DNA of 51,355 nucleotides. It comes from Cyanophora paradoxa CCMP329 (lineage: Eukaryota > Plantae > Glaucophyta). The notes beneath the pieces are model-generated. The model had not been told where the DNA came from. It did not search any database and saw only the letters and a program-made list of their open reading frames with translations. Positions 33,701-43,906 of the stretch are shown piece by piece. A program made the position numbers and the translations under genes. The stretch covers positions 1-51,355 of the forward strand of contig QPMI01000538.1 in NCBI GenBank assembly GCA_004431415.1, in the 5' to 3' direction. Position 1 is the first letter of the stretch; each line of letters begins with the position of its first letter.

Positions 33701-36250
33701 TATTACTGGATTGGTAAAGTGTGACTCCATTGAAAACATTTCCAATCGCATTCAATTGTGCAAATACTGGTTGTTGATCGATTTCACTCCAAGGGTGTCT
33801 GTGATTGCAGTTGGTGATCTGGGAATAATCATGACTGTGTGGATCAGGTGGAAAAGTTAATGGTGGATTTACGATTTGCTCCCATAAATGCCCATGGGAA
33901 CTGGGAGGGAATGTTAATGGTGGATTTGTTATATGCTCCCATAAATGCTCATGTGCAAAATCTGTTATTTCATCTTTTGTGTGGGTGTGGTTGTCGATCC
34001 AACCTAAAACTACATTGGATGTAGGATGATTTGGTAGATTTGCTGCAATATTCACAGTCAAATAGTCGACTTCTAGATTACTTCCGTAAATATTGCTTGC
34101 CCATAGATTACTGGTGTAAATGTTACTTGTATAAAGGTTACTGGTGAAAATGTTACTTGTGACTGTAAGGTTTGTGTCATTTTTGATCACAAAAAGAGAA
34201 AGAATGTTTGTTAATTCACCTTCATCAATATATCCTTGCTCTTCTAAATAATCCTCTGTGACCACTCTCGAAATAGTCTCATTGTGAATATTCTTTGCAG
34301 CCATCCTCTGATTGGCTTCCAGAACCCCACCATAGTTTGTTTTAATCCATGCAAGCTCTGCCCTTCCATAGTTATCATTTGCAGTTCCCACTATGGGAAT
34401 ATAGGAATATTTATCTCGACTGAAAACTATCATTGGTCTTGATCCATCTAGACTGCTTACATCTGCTACATGAACCTGTATAGCAGAGTTGTAATTTTGG
34501 TAGGTTGCTGGGTCTGTTGGGACTCTGAATGTATCTGTGGGAATGTCAGCCTCCATGTAGCTTGACACAAAGATATTTGGTATGGTTGCTCCTGGTTCAG
34601 GTGGTGGATTATAAGAGCCTGGTAATGTCCTAATATGAAGTGGTCCTCTCATAGCTGAATTCGCAAGTGTCCCATTCACATGAACATAGTGGTGATTCAA
34701 AAAGATCCTTTCAGGGACATTGCAAGTCTGGTAAAGAGAAACCCCCAAGTTATCAAGAGGCTCTACCTTTGCGAATTCTGGTTGGTCATTAATCTCATCC
34801 CAAGTATGTTCATGTTTGCTTGGTGGGAACTCAGTTGGAATCCCATCAATATCACCCCAATCATGCCTGTGGTCTTCTGGTGGGTATTTCTGTGGTTTGC
34901 CTAAGATCTCATCCCAGTCATGATTGTGGTCCTCTGGGGGATACTTTGCAGGTTTATTATTAATTTGTTCATAATCAGGGAAGAACTCCCAGATCTCAGG
35001 TCGAAATCCATCTGGTAACAATTCCTCATGGGGTTCATAAGGTTGCTCATAGTCAACAGCTGGTGGATCATGACCATCTGGTAAATACTCCTCATCAGGT
35101 TCATAGTTCTGTTCATACTCATATTCTTGTGGGTCAAAACCATCTGGGAGTATCTCCTCCTCATTGGGGTCAAACTGATCATACTCATATTCTTGTGGGT
35201 CGAAACCATCTGGTAAATACTCTTCCTCATCTGGAACGAATTGATATTCATCAAGCTCTAATATATCGACTTCAGGAGGTAAATACTGCTCATCTATTTG
35301 CTTTCTGGGTTCAATTATAGGTTTATTGCGAACTTGCTCCCAACTAACAATATGCTGCCAAAGGCTACATCTTCAGTTGCTGTGTATTCTCTTCCAGGCT
35401 GTTTCTTTGGTGTTAAATCGGGAGGTCCATTTGGAAATGGAATAGGGAATGGAACTGTTGGTCCATTGGGACCATAATGCTCAATTATTTCCCTTAGAGT
35501 TTTCTCACTCACAAGTTTCTCCCCATTTGCATACACATTGCTGCCATGGATATTTCGCCATTGCCTGGTTCTAATTCCAAGGTCTTTCACATTGCTATAC
35601 AAAGGCAAAAGGTGCCTATCCATTTCGACTAAATCAGGATGTAAATGGATTGCTACTGGTTGACTGGGGCTACTGTTGATTGTAATTGATGGCTTTTTTT
35701 GATGGACATCTTTTGGAGTAAAAAACCCAAAAGGCTCATTCCTCGCAAAGTCATATGTAATATCCTTGGGGTATACATCATTTGTGTAGGAGACCTGATT
35801 TGTGTTGGCAATGGGACCCACTTGCAATACTTGGGGGACCTCAGCTTTTGCAGTGCTGCCCTCATTGTAAATTCGCAAAGCTGTGTTCTGTTTGCCCTGC
35901 TCATCTTGAACATTGAAAATCAATCGACCACTATCGAACCTGGAAGGTATATCTGGGTGAGTGCCACTGGTTTTTAGTTTCCTAGGTCTCCTTCTTGTTG
36001 CTTTGATCTCTGCTACTTGGTTTGCTTTCACATTACCCAAACTAAAGGCTACACTGACATCCTCTTTATCTGGATCGGTTTGATTCACAGATAAAGCATG
36101 CTCCCTTGATTGAGTCTTTGATGAATTATCAGAGCTGTGGTCAATTGAAACTGAACCCTTTACTTTAATATTATCAAAGTTCACATGCTTGGTGCTGCTT
36201 GCATTATCATCTTGAATGGTTTCTAGATTTGGTGGGTAATTGAAGCTCAT
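30741..36250 (-). CDS. Large fibre protein with C-terminal intramolecular chaperone (peptidase S74); ~1836 aa if one missing T near 35360 is restored
   Basis: The frame of the 1426-aa ORF stays open to ~35365 and joins the 311-aa ORF (GCCTTT[T]GG). HxHxWxxIxxxP repeats, acidic LPDGFDPQEYEY repeats, and SDRRYK...GLIAQDV...YTGLIPVLIEAVKEL (S74). Confidence 0.82.
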
Positions 36251-36293
36251 GGCTTTTACTATATGGATTTATAAAATTCCTGATAAGTAAAAG

Positions 36294-37850
36294 ATGCCTC
36301 TCAAAGTAGTTCTCAGTTTGTCAGGGGGAGGTGCAAGGGGCATTATCATAACCAGGCTGCTCAAAGAAATCGAAAATCGAACTGGCAGGAGAATAATCGA
36401 TCTTGTGGATCTTGTGAGTGGAACTTCCACTGGTGGGATCATTGCTATTGGGTTAAACATCAGGCATCCTGATAAACCAGGTGAACCTAAACTGACAGCA
36501 AACGATTTACACAATATTTACCTAACTCAACTGCCCTTGATTTTCGCAAATCCTCGAAATATAATCGAAAATGCCCTATTTAACACAAAGTATGATGTGG
36601 GACCCTTGGAGACTGCAATCAATTCAGTTACTGGTGAATCACTAATACAGGATTCCCTTAAGGACATTGTGATCACATCCTTTGATACTCAGAATATGAA
36701 ACCAATATTTATCACAAATGACAACAATTACAACTTTATGCCTTGTAAGATTGCTGCTAGGGCTACTTCTGCTGCTCCTACATATTTCTCTCCTGTAAGC
36801 ATTGTTGATTTCAATAGGGGAGTATATGTCTGTCTCATTGATGGTGCCATTTCGGGAAACAATAATCCCAGTGTGTGTGGTTACAGCCATGCAAAGAAGA
36901 TTTACAGTGATGATGATGACATTATAGTAATAAGCATCTCTTGTGGAGAGGTGGACCCACATTTAGAGTCTGATTATGTGGGTTATGCTTATGAGACTGT
37001 AAACAGCTGGGGCATTCTCTCATGGATTGCCTCAACAGATGGAAGCCCATTGATTAACATGCTCATGGCTGCAAGTGAGCTATCTGCCCTTGATAAGATG
37101 GAGGAGTTGTTACCCTACAACTATGATCAGGATTATGGGAGATACTATAGGTTATCAGTCCCTCTTCCAAATCATATAGTAAGCTCCCTGGATGACACAT
37201 CTAAGATCCCAGACATGCTTGCATTCACTGAAACATACATTGCAGCAAACAATGATATGATTAATAAGCTTTGCAGCCTACTAGTAGCAAACTATGAACT
37301 AAAGAACCCTACAAAGGCTTACATTTCATCCACTCTCACTACATCACCTCCTTTGGATGCCAATTGGTATCAGCTTGCAGATGATGCCTTTACTGCCTCA
37401 TCCTCTGTGACAGGTAAAGAGCCTTTCATGGCTAGACCTTCAGCATTTGGCTGGGAAGCTGGAGCCTATGCTCCTGAACAGATATGGGAAACCCCCACTG
37501 AATACCTTCAAGTTGCTTTTCCATATACTTTTGAACTCTCCTCTGTGATTGCCTATGGATCAGGGGACACCAATGCTTTTATTAAGACTTTCAATGTGGC
37601 AACATCCACTGATGGGATCAACTGGTCTTTTATTCGATCAGATGGGCAAAACAAAATATATGTCTGTGAGAACATTAACAATGCTCACAACTCTGGTGAT
37701 GTGGCTCTATTGAGTGGGTTCCCTCTCAGCATCAAGGATGCTTTTTACATAGGTTATTCTCTGAGAATAAGATATATTCGCATTTATCCCCTTGTGTATG
37801 TGAATGCTCCCACAATGAGAGTTGACTTTACAGGTGCCTTTATTCGATAA
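36294..37850 (+). CDS. Patatin-like phospholipase fused to a discoidin (F5/8 type C)-like domain
   Basis: SGGGARG, GTSTG, ATSAAPTYF, IDG; C-terminal STDGINW...RYIRIYP...MRVDFTG. Confidence 0.88.
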   Translation: MPLKVVLSLSGGGARGIIITRLLKEIENRTGRRIIDLVDLVSGTSTGGIIAIGLNIRHPDKPGEPKLTANDLHNIYLTQLPLIFANPRNIIENALFNTKYDVGPLETAINSVTGESLIQDSLKDIVITSFDTQNMKPIFITNDNNYNFMPCKIAARATSAAPTYFSPVSIVDFNRGVYVCLIDGAISGNNNPSVCGYSHAKKIYSDDDDIIVISISCGEVDPHLESDYVGYAYETVNSWGILSWIASTDGSPLINMLMAASELSALDKMEELLPYNYDQDYGRYYRLSVPLPNHIVSSLDDTSKIPDMLAFTETYIAANNDMINKLCSLLVANYELKNPTKAYISSTLTTSPPLDANWYQLADDAFTASSSVTGKEPFMARPSAFGWEAGAYAPEQIWETPTEYLQVAFPYTFELSSVIAYGSGDTNAFIKTFNVATSTDGINWSFIRSDGQNKIYVCENINNAHNSGDVALLSGFPLSIKDAFYIGYSLRIRYIRIYPLVYVNAPTMRVDFTGAFIR

Positions 37851-38772
37851 ACTCCAACTGAAAAGAATTATCGATTCCATTCATATCAATCAGTTCACCA
37901 AAGTAATCTTTAAACTCCACAGTGAGTTCCCTTATCACCAGGTTTCTGTCATTGATTTGAATAAATTCTGCATGTTCACCACTATGGTAAACATAGCCCC
38001 CTATATCTTTACTCAATTGCAATCTAAGGATAGCTCCCTGGTTTTGTGGTTGCGATTTTGGAATTATATTGTGTCTGCTGGCAAAGGGGGACAGCTCTTT
38101 AATATGCATGTACAGATACTGCTCAGCATTCATATCAGACATCTTCCTGCTGTCAAAATAATATTGCAAGGGCTTAGAGGAGAGTCTGGGTCCTGAGAAG
38201 GTGATTCCCCATGCTGGGTGATCAGGTGTAATAGGTTTGCCATCATACTTTAAAAGGTTCTCAGGTCGATAGGGAGATCCACCAACAGGAGGAGTGCTAT
38301 AATACCCAGTGGTGTATTCAGTAGAACTTACACCCAAAAGCTTTCCTATTCTCTGGTTGCTTGCAATAAAACGAAACTCATGGTTACTGTAAAACTCCAC
38401 TTTATAGGTTGTTGGGTTGTAGAATATCTTGAACTCAAAAGCTACTGTTTTGCCTGCAATAGTTTGGAAGCTTGAATAGTTCAGCCCATAATTATAAGGG
38501 TGTGTGACCCCAAAATGACCCTGATTGATGTAGCCACTGGGAAGGGGATACACTTGTTGTGTGATCACTTGGTTATATGAACCATCTTGGTAATTAAACT
38601 GAACTGTTAGATGATCAGTTCCCACACTGTTATAGATACTGTTTGGAATCTCTGCATAGAGAACCCTACATTCCCTTGGTCTCTCTACTGGAGTTGTGAG
38701 GGTGACCCTGTAAGAGTTTTCATTTTGTCCTTGGCTTCTATCCCTGCTATCAATATTAACGAGCCGGTTCAT
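37840..38772 (-). CDS. Minor capsid protein (penton) 1
   Basis: N-terminal NIDSRDR...AEIPNSIYN and C-terminal LTVEFKDYFGELIDMNGIDNSFQLEF, typical of the single-jelly-roll penton. Confidence 0.8.
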   Translation of the reverse strand: MNRLVNIDSRDRSQGQNENSYRVTLTTPVERPRECRVLYAEIPNSIYNSVGTDHLTVQFNYQDGSYNQVITQQVYPLPSGYINQGHFGVTHPYNYGLNYSSFQTIAGKTVAFEFKIFYNPTTYKVEFYSNHEFRFIASNQRIGKLLGVSSTEYTTGYYSTPPVGGSPYRPENLLKYDGKPITPDHPAWGITFSGPRLSSKPLQYYFDSRKMSDMNAEQYLYMHIKELSPFASRHNIIPKSQPQNQGAILRLQLSKDIGGYVYHSGEHAEFIQINDRNLVIRELTVEFKDYFGELIDMNGIDNSFQLEFIE

Positions 38773-38801
38773 TTTAATATATAAATATAGATAAAAGAAG
38801 A

Positions 38802-39811
38802 ATGCCTGTGGATTACATCGAGGTTAGCTCATTTAATACAATCTCTGGTGATGGTCCCACATCAAGCTTTGTGGCTAGACTCCCAGTAGTTATGAGAATG
38901 TGAGGGCTGTGAGACTGGTCTCAGCCGAATTTTATAACAGTATCCCTATGGTGAGTGGTGAAACCAAAGCAGGAGATGTGACAGTTGACAATGCATTTAG
39001 CATTTATTATTCTGAACAAACTCCTGGAGCTGGAAGCTCAGGAATTCCAACAGTTCGCCCAGCTGCTGACTATGAACAATGGAAACAATTCATTATAAGT
39101 CGAAACACCCCCATCCAAAGCCACCAGCAACTGGTGAATGTAATTAACTCTAAATTCGAAGGCAGAAATCCCCAACCATCCATTCGCTGCAAATGGGATG
39201 AATCACTGAAACGAATTATATTCCACTCAGCAGTACCATTTTACTTGGCTTTCTCAGTAGCTGTGAACCCAAGCCAACAAACAATCCAAAAGCTGTTGAG
39301 TTCAGCTAGACTGCTGGGTCTTGATCCTGGAAGATATGGTAACTCCCCAATCCAATCACAGGTCTATGATGCTCTCACTGATGGAATCTTTACTGGTGGT
39401 CGCGTGAATGGCATTATATCTTCTTTTGAGCCTGAGAAGACCAGGGACAGTGTTTTGTTTGTGAGAGTAAAGGAGCTGGGTGATCTGGTGCAATGTGGGG
39501 ATGGTCTTCTGACTGGTTACTTTCACAAAATAGTGGTCCCTGATAAAGACTATGGTGAGCATGTTGTTTACAATTCAACAGAAGCTCACCCACTTTACAA
39601 ATACTATAATAAAAAGGTTGGATTATCCACTTTCTCGGTTGATATTGTAAATGCTATTAATGAACCAATTGATTTTGAGGGTCAACCTGTTCATCTTACC
39701 TTTGAAATTCGCTATGGTGATGAGCCAGCTGGGGACCCAGTTTATGAATACTTCAAGATGCGAATGTCACAGCTTCACCCTTCCTATCCAGTTATTACAA
39801 ACTTCGCATAA
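38802..39811 (+). CDS. Minor capsid protein (penton) 2 (frameshift near 38885)
   Basis: ATG at 38802, MPVDYIEVSS...YENVRAVRLVSAEFYNS; C-terminal VDIVNAINEPIDFEGQPVHLTFEI. Confidence 0.72.
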
Positions 39812-39864
39812 ATTAAGGATCATTGGTAGATTTTTTATGTTGCAGTATAATAAAAGAGAATATA

Positions 39865-41231
39865 ATGGATATCACTTCCACTCTTCAAAGACTTTCGCTG
39901 AAAGAAGCCCTAACAACCCCAGAAGAGGCGAAAGCCTTTTTCCTGGATAACTCCCTTATGCTTGGTCTCGAATCCAAATCTAAGCCAGTTCTAGTTGTTG
40001 TGAATCCCAGCAATACTTTTGAGAATAATGTTGGAAATCGCATTTCCTTCAAGCTACCTCGCTACAATTTCTGTGGAAAACTCGAACTTGCTTTCGACCT
40101 TCCAGCCATCACTTTTGGTGGTGAAGATCTTGTTCGAAATGGATACACTCGCCCTGTTGGTGCTTTAGTTCAGCGACTTGAAATTACCTATGGATCTTAC
40201 ACCTACCATATTCCATCTGATTTCCTTGCTCATTTCCCCCTGGTCTATTATTCGGAGGATCAACTAGCTAAAAAGAAACGCTCAATGGGCATGGTTCATG
40301 GTATCCCTGCTCATGGAACCAACCGACTTGGTGGCTCATTCTTTGTTGAAATCCAGTGCCTTGGCTCAATCACTACCTTCCCCTTGGTGCTTTATCTGGT
40401 GAAATGGTTGTTACTGTTTGGTTTAAGGATGCTGATAAGGGTTATGTTGAGACTTCCTATGGTGGTCGCTCTCTTCCTGTTGTTGGTGGGACAGCTGCTG
40501 ATAAGACAGAAGATGATGGTCTTGGTGATACTGCTAATGCTACACTTGCCCATGTTGGTCAAAATATCACAACTTTCAGCCTTGGTGCAACAACCCCTGG
40601 TATTACAATTACCTCTCCTCGCCTTTACATGCATGCTGTTAATGTTTCTGATGAGCTTTTCGCTACTGTAATTGAAAAGGTTAAGACTACTGGCATGGCT
40701 ATTCCTGCTCTAGACATTGGGTTTGTTGATGCTAGTGCTTTCCCTGCCAAGGGCAATGCCCAACCCAATCGAATTAACCTCTCTCAAATATCAGGTCTTG
40801 TATATGCTCTGCTTGTTTCAGTTCGTGATAATGCAACTGTTGACAAAGCCAATGGCTCCCACAGTGTTCTTAAGACCTATGCCAACTCCAAAGATATTAC
40901 TTTCACTGTTGAAATTAATGGACAACGACTTTATGCCACTGAGCCAATTCCACTGCTCAAAGGTGCTGAGCTAATTGCTGATGCCTTCAAATGCTCTAAC
41001 ATGGATAAGGTTGCTGATCGCTATGTCCTTTCGGGTATGAGTTTCTGCATTGATGGAGAGAAGGCAATTCGAAATATTGCCCAGTCTGGTTATGTTGATT
41101 TAACAAATTCCTCCTCTTCATTCCTCACCCTGTACATGCCTTCAGATAAGGTAATCGATGTTAATGTTCGCGCTCTCATGCATTCCTATATAATTTTGGA
41201 CAAAGATGGTCTCCGAAGAATTAATTTATAG
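39865..41231 (+). CDS. Major capsid protein, double jelly-roll (~455 aa; one frameshift near 40354)
   Basis: ISFKLPR...LELAFDLP...LVQRLEITYG; adding one C restores VEIPVPWLNHYLPL. Size and position between penton and ATPase fit. Confidence 0.78.
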
Positions 41232-41296
41232 ATTGTTACGATATTCAGTCTCTCTGCATTATTTTTATCTGTATTTATTTAGAAAGATATACAACA

Positions 41297-42079
41297 ATGA
41301 CTGATTTGGATGAATTTGTGGCTGGTGAAATGATTAATCCCCCTTTTCGAGTCCTAGCCATTGGTAAATCGGCTACTGGTAAATCAGAAGCTGTAAAGTA
41401 TTGGTTGAAGCAGTTGCATGATGCCAAAAAGATTGATGTTGTATTAGTTGTGAGTGGAACCAGCTTCAATCATTTCTGGGATAAAGTTGCAACATTGCAA
41501 CTGGGAAAATGGGATGCCCCTTACATTGCTAAATTGCTAGATGAAAGGCAAGAGAAAATAGAAAAAGGTGAACCTGTTAACCAGTTATGTGTGGTTCTAG
41601 ATGATTTAATCGATAATGAGATTGTAGACCTAACTCGTGATAAAATTATTGGCTCTCTGTATTCCAGAGGTCGCCATTCGAAAATATCCATTATCTGCAT
41701 CACACAAAAGCTAAGGAAAGTCTCTTCGACTATTCGAGTTAATTCGGACTATGCAATGTTTCTAAGTGCTGCAAATCGCAAAGAACTTGAAGCCATAGAG
41801 GAAGAATACAATATAATGCGAAATAAAGAGGATTTTTACAAGATGTTTGAAGAGTATGTTCACTCCTATCAGTATATTATTTGGTCCTCTGCAAACTACT
41901 CAGTTAAATACTATGTAGATAAAGCTGAGCTTGTGAAAGATTTTCCATTTCCTCGCTTCCACAGGAAGCCAAAAAAGAAAGAAGATGAACTGAAACCTCC
42001 AGAGAAAGAGGAAGCCCCTAAAGAAGTGAAAAGCCAAGTCCATAGCAATAAATTGATGCGATATAAACGCGGTTTATAA
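41297..42079 (+). CDS. A32/FtsK-HerA-type DNA packaging ATPase
   Basis: Walker A GKSATGKS, Walker B VVLDD, SRGRH (Arg finger), ICITQ, IRVNSDY. Confidence 0.92.
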   Translation: MTDLDEFVAGEMINPPFRVLAIGKSATGKSEAVKYWLKQLHDAKKIDVVLVVSGTSFNHFWDKVATLQLGKWDAPYIAKLLDERQEKIEKGEPVNQLCVVLDDLIDNEIVDLTRDKIIGSLYSRGRHSKISIICITQKLRKVSSTIRVNSDYAMFLSAANRKELEAIEEEYNIMRNKEDFYKMFEEYVHSYQYIIWSSANYSVKYYVDKAELVKDFPFPRFHRKPKKKEDELKPPEKEEAPKEVKSQVHSNKLMRYKRGL

Positions 42080-42107
42080 AATTATCTCTCATTCTAATAA
42101 AGATACA

Positions 42108-42548
42108 ATGCCTCCCAAACGAAAGATAGGGATCCCAGCTGGGGCTGTTGGCTATTCAGGTGGTGGAAACAATGGATCCATTAATACTGAACCAATGAAA
42201 TTCAATGGTATGAATGAGGTAAAGCCCTCACAACAAGAAGAGGACCCCCTCAATGCTGCCTATGAGGAATCAGTCGATGACAAAGCCCCACAGGCTTCAA
42301 CCAGTGACCAACTCAATATATCACCAGAAGCCTCAAAAATGAAAGCTGTTGCTGAGGGTGCCAGGCGAATTATTGGTGCTGCTGATGATAAAGGTTTAGG
42401 CTTGCAAGATCTATCACTGGCTCGCAAAGGTGAAGGTCTAAGTAAGGAATCAGACAAGGTTATCCAGTCTATGGCTGGTGAAGTCACATATAAGACTGCT
42501 CCCACTCAAAATATTCATCGAATCCCCAAGGCTCAATGGATGAGATGA
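42108..42548 (+). CDS. Hypothetical protein with N-terminal NLS-like PPKRK
   Basis: ORF of 146 aa with an upstream TAATAAAG; may continue into 42536-43124 through frameshifts. Confidence 0.55.
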   Translation: MPPKRKIGIPAGAVGYSGGGNNGSINTEPMKFNGMNEVKPSQQEEDPLNAAYEESVDDKAPQASTSDQLNISPEASKMKAVAEGARRIIGAADDKGLGLQDLSLARKGEGLSKESDKVIQSMAGEVTYKTAPTQNIHRIPKAQWMR

Positions 42549-43124
42549 CTGCTAAACTTAAAGATCTGGAAGCCAAATCAAGTGCCTTGGAGCAGTATGT
42601 TACTGAGAAGAAAGAGAGAGCTAAGCTAAAGGAGATGCTTCGAAAGGAAGTTATAAAATGGGCATTACTGGTGTCCCAGATAAACAGTTCATTGCTAAGA
42701 AAGAGACCAAATCGATGAGCAAGCAGTAGATGAAATGAAAACAAAGACCCAGAAGGGAACTATTGAACCTGGTGCCACCAAAGCTGAAGTAGAAAAGGGA
42801 GTAGCCCAACAGTATATAAAAGACGAGTTTGGCTTTAATTTTCTCTGTTTTATTAGAGATATGGACATAATACGAAAGTTCTTCGAGATGTTCAGTCTGC
42901 ATGTGGTGAGCAATTGCCACAGTGGATGTTGTGAGACAACAGTGGAGTTTGAGATGTCAGATAATGAGGATAATGCCTCAGAAGCAAGAGAGAGAAGGAG
43001 GTCTACAGTTTCTGTGGAGTCAATGCCAGCAGACCCCACAGAGTATACATATGAGCAACAGGAGCAACAGGAGTATCCAAGGAGAAGTTCTCTGTCAGCA
43101 GAAAACGTTTTCTCTGGAATATAA
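42536..43124 (+). CDS. Hypothetical coiled-coil/acidic protein (probably frameshifted)
   Basis: Adjacent same-strand ORFs 42536-42718 and 42735-43124. Confidence 0.4.
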
Positions 43125-43201
43125 ATGGAGGACACTATTAGTTTAATCGAGTTTACCAGTGATGAACCTGTTACTGAGGTTCTATAAGACACATTCTAGC
43201 A

Positions 43202-43465
43202 ATGCAGAAACGATATAGAGAGGACCCAGCATATAGAGAGTATAAAAAGCAGCAAGCCTGGCATCCTATTATCGCAGAAAAGCCCAAAAAGAGGAGCAGA
43301 GACCCAGAGGGAGACCGATTAAATATTATTTGCCAACTGAAAGTAGCAATGGACCCCCAGGTCTATAAGATAATTGAGAAAAAGCGGTCTCAGTATGCAA
43401 CTGAGGCAGCTATAAAAATATATACAAAGGAATTGGCTTTATACTTGCAATCAAGTCACAGATAA
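43202..43465 (+). CDS. Hypothetical basic protein
   Basis: ORF beginning MQKRYREDPAYREYKKQQA; the true start may be 43126. Confidence 0.4.
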   Translation: MQKRYREDPAYREYKKQQAWHPIIAEKPKKRSRDPEGDRLNIICQLKVAMDPQVYKIIEKKRSQYATEAAIKIYTKELALYLQSSHR

Positions 43466-43677
43466 CTTTTGTAAATATGCTTTTGTTGTTTTTTGTTTGC
43501 ATTCTCAGACACTGAAACAGTTATGTGAATGTTTACTGATCTATTTCTCTTTGGTTTTGTTGCATACATATTGTAACCTTTTAATCTCTGTGACATTTCG
43601 ATATATGCCCCTATATCTCCATGCTTTATGCATTTATCTAACTCAGTCATGGTCATCTCATCAAGAGTCTTTGCCAT
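43456..43677 (-). CDS. Small hypothetical protein (MAKTLDEM...)
   Basis: ATG at 43677 preceded by a TACTTAAG motif like those of the other leftward genes in this block. Confidence 0.4.
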   Translation of the reverse strand: MAKTLDEMTMTELDKCIKHGDIGAYIEMSQRLKGYNMYATKPKRNRSVNIHITVSVSENANKKQQKHIYKSYL

Positions 43678-43744
43678 TTTGTCTTCACTATACACAATCA
43701 AGTAAGCCTTAAGTATTCTTGTCAAATTTTGGTCTTTTTCGATC

Positions 43745-43846
43745 GGTGTCACAGGTGTCACAGGTGTCACAGGTCTATCCCACCGATTTTCAAAATCATT
43801 TTTTATGTTTGACTTTCCCTGGGATGGACCTGTGACACCTGTGAAC
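43745..43846. promoter_or_regulatory. Iteron-type origin-like element, copy 2 (core inverted relative to copy 1)
   Basis: (GGTGTCACA)x3...GATTTTCAAAATC...TGTGACACC, about 60 bp downstream of the primase-helicase stop. Confidence 0.65.
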
Positions 43847-43906
43847 AACACCATTTCCAGTAAGGCTATAAACATTACATATACAATCAATCATTTATCG
43901 TTTTGT

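Noticed and set aside
43456-43890. ORFs with PVTPVTP / TCDTCD repeats (also 26758-26964)
   Set aside because: They are translations of the non-coding GGTGTCACA repeats.
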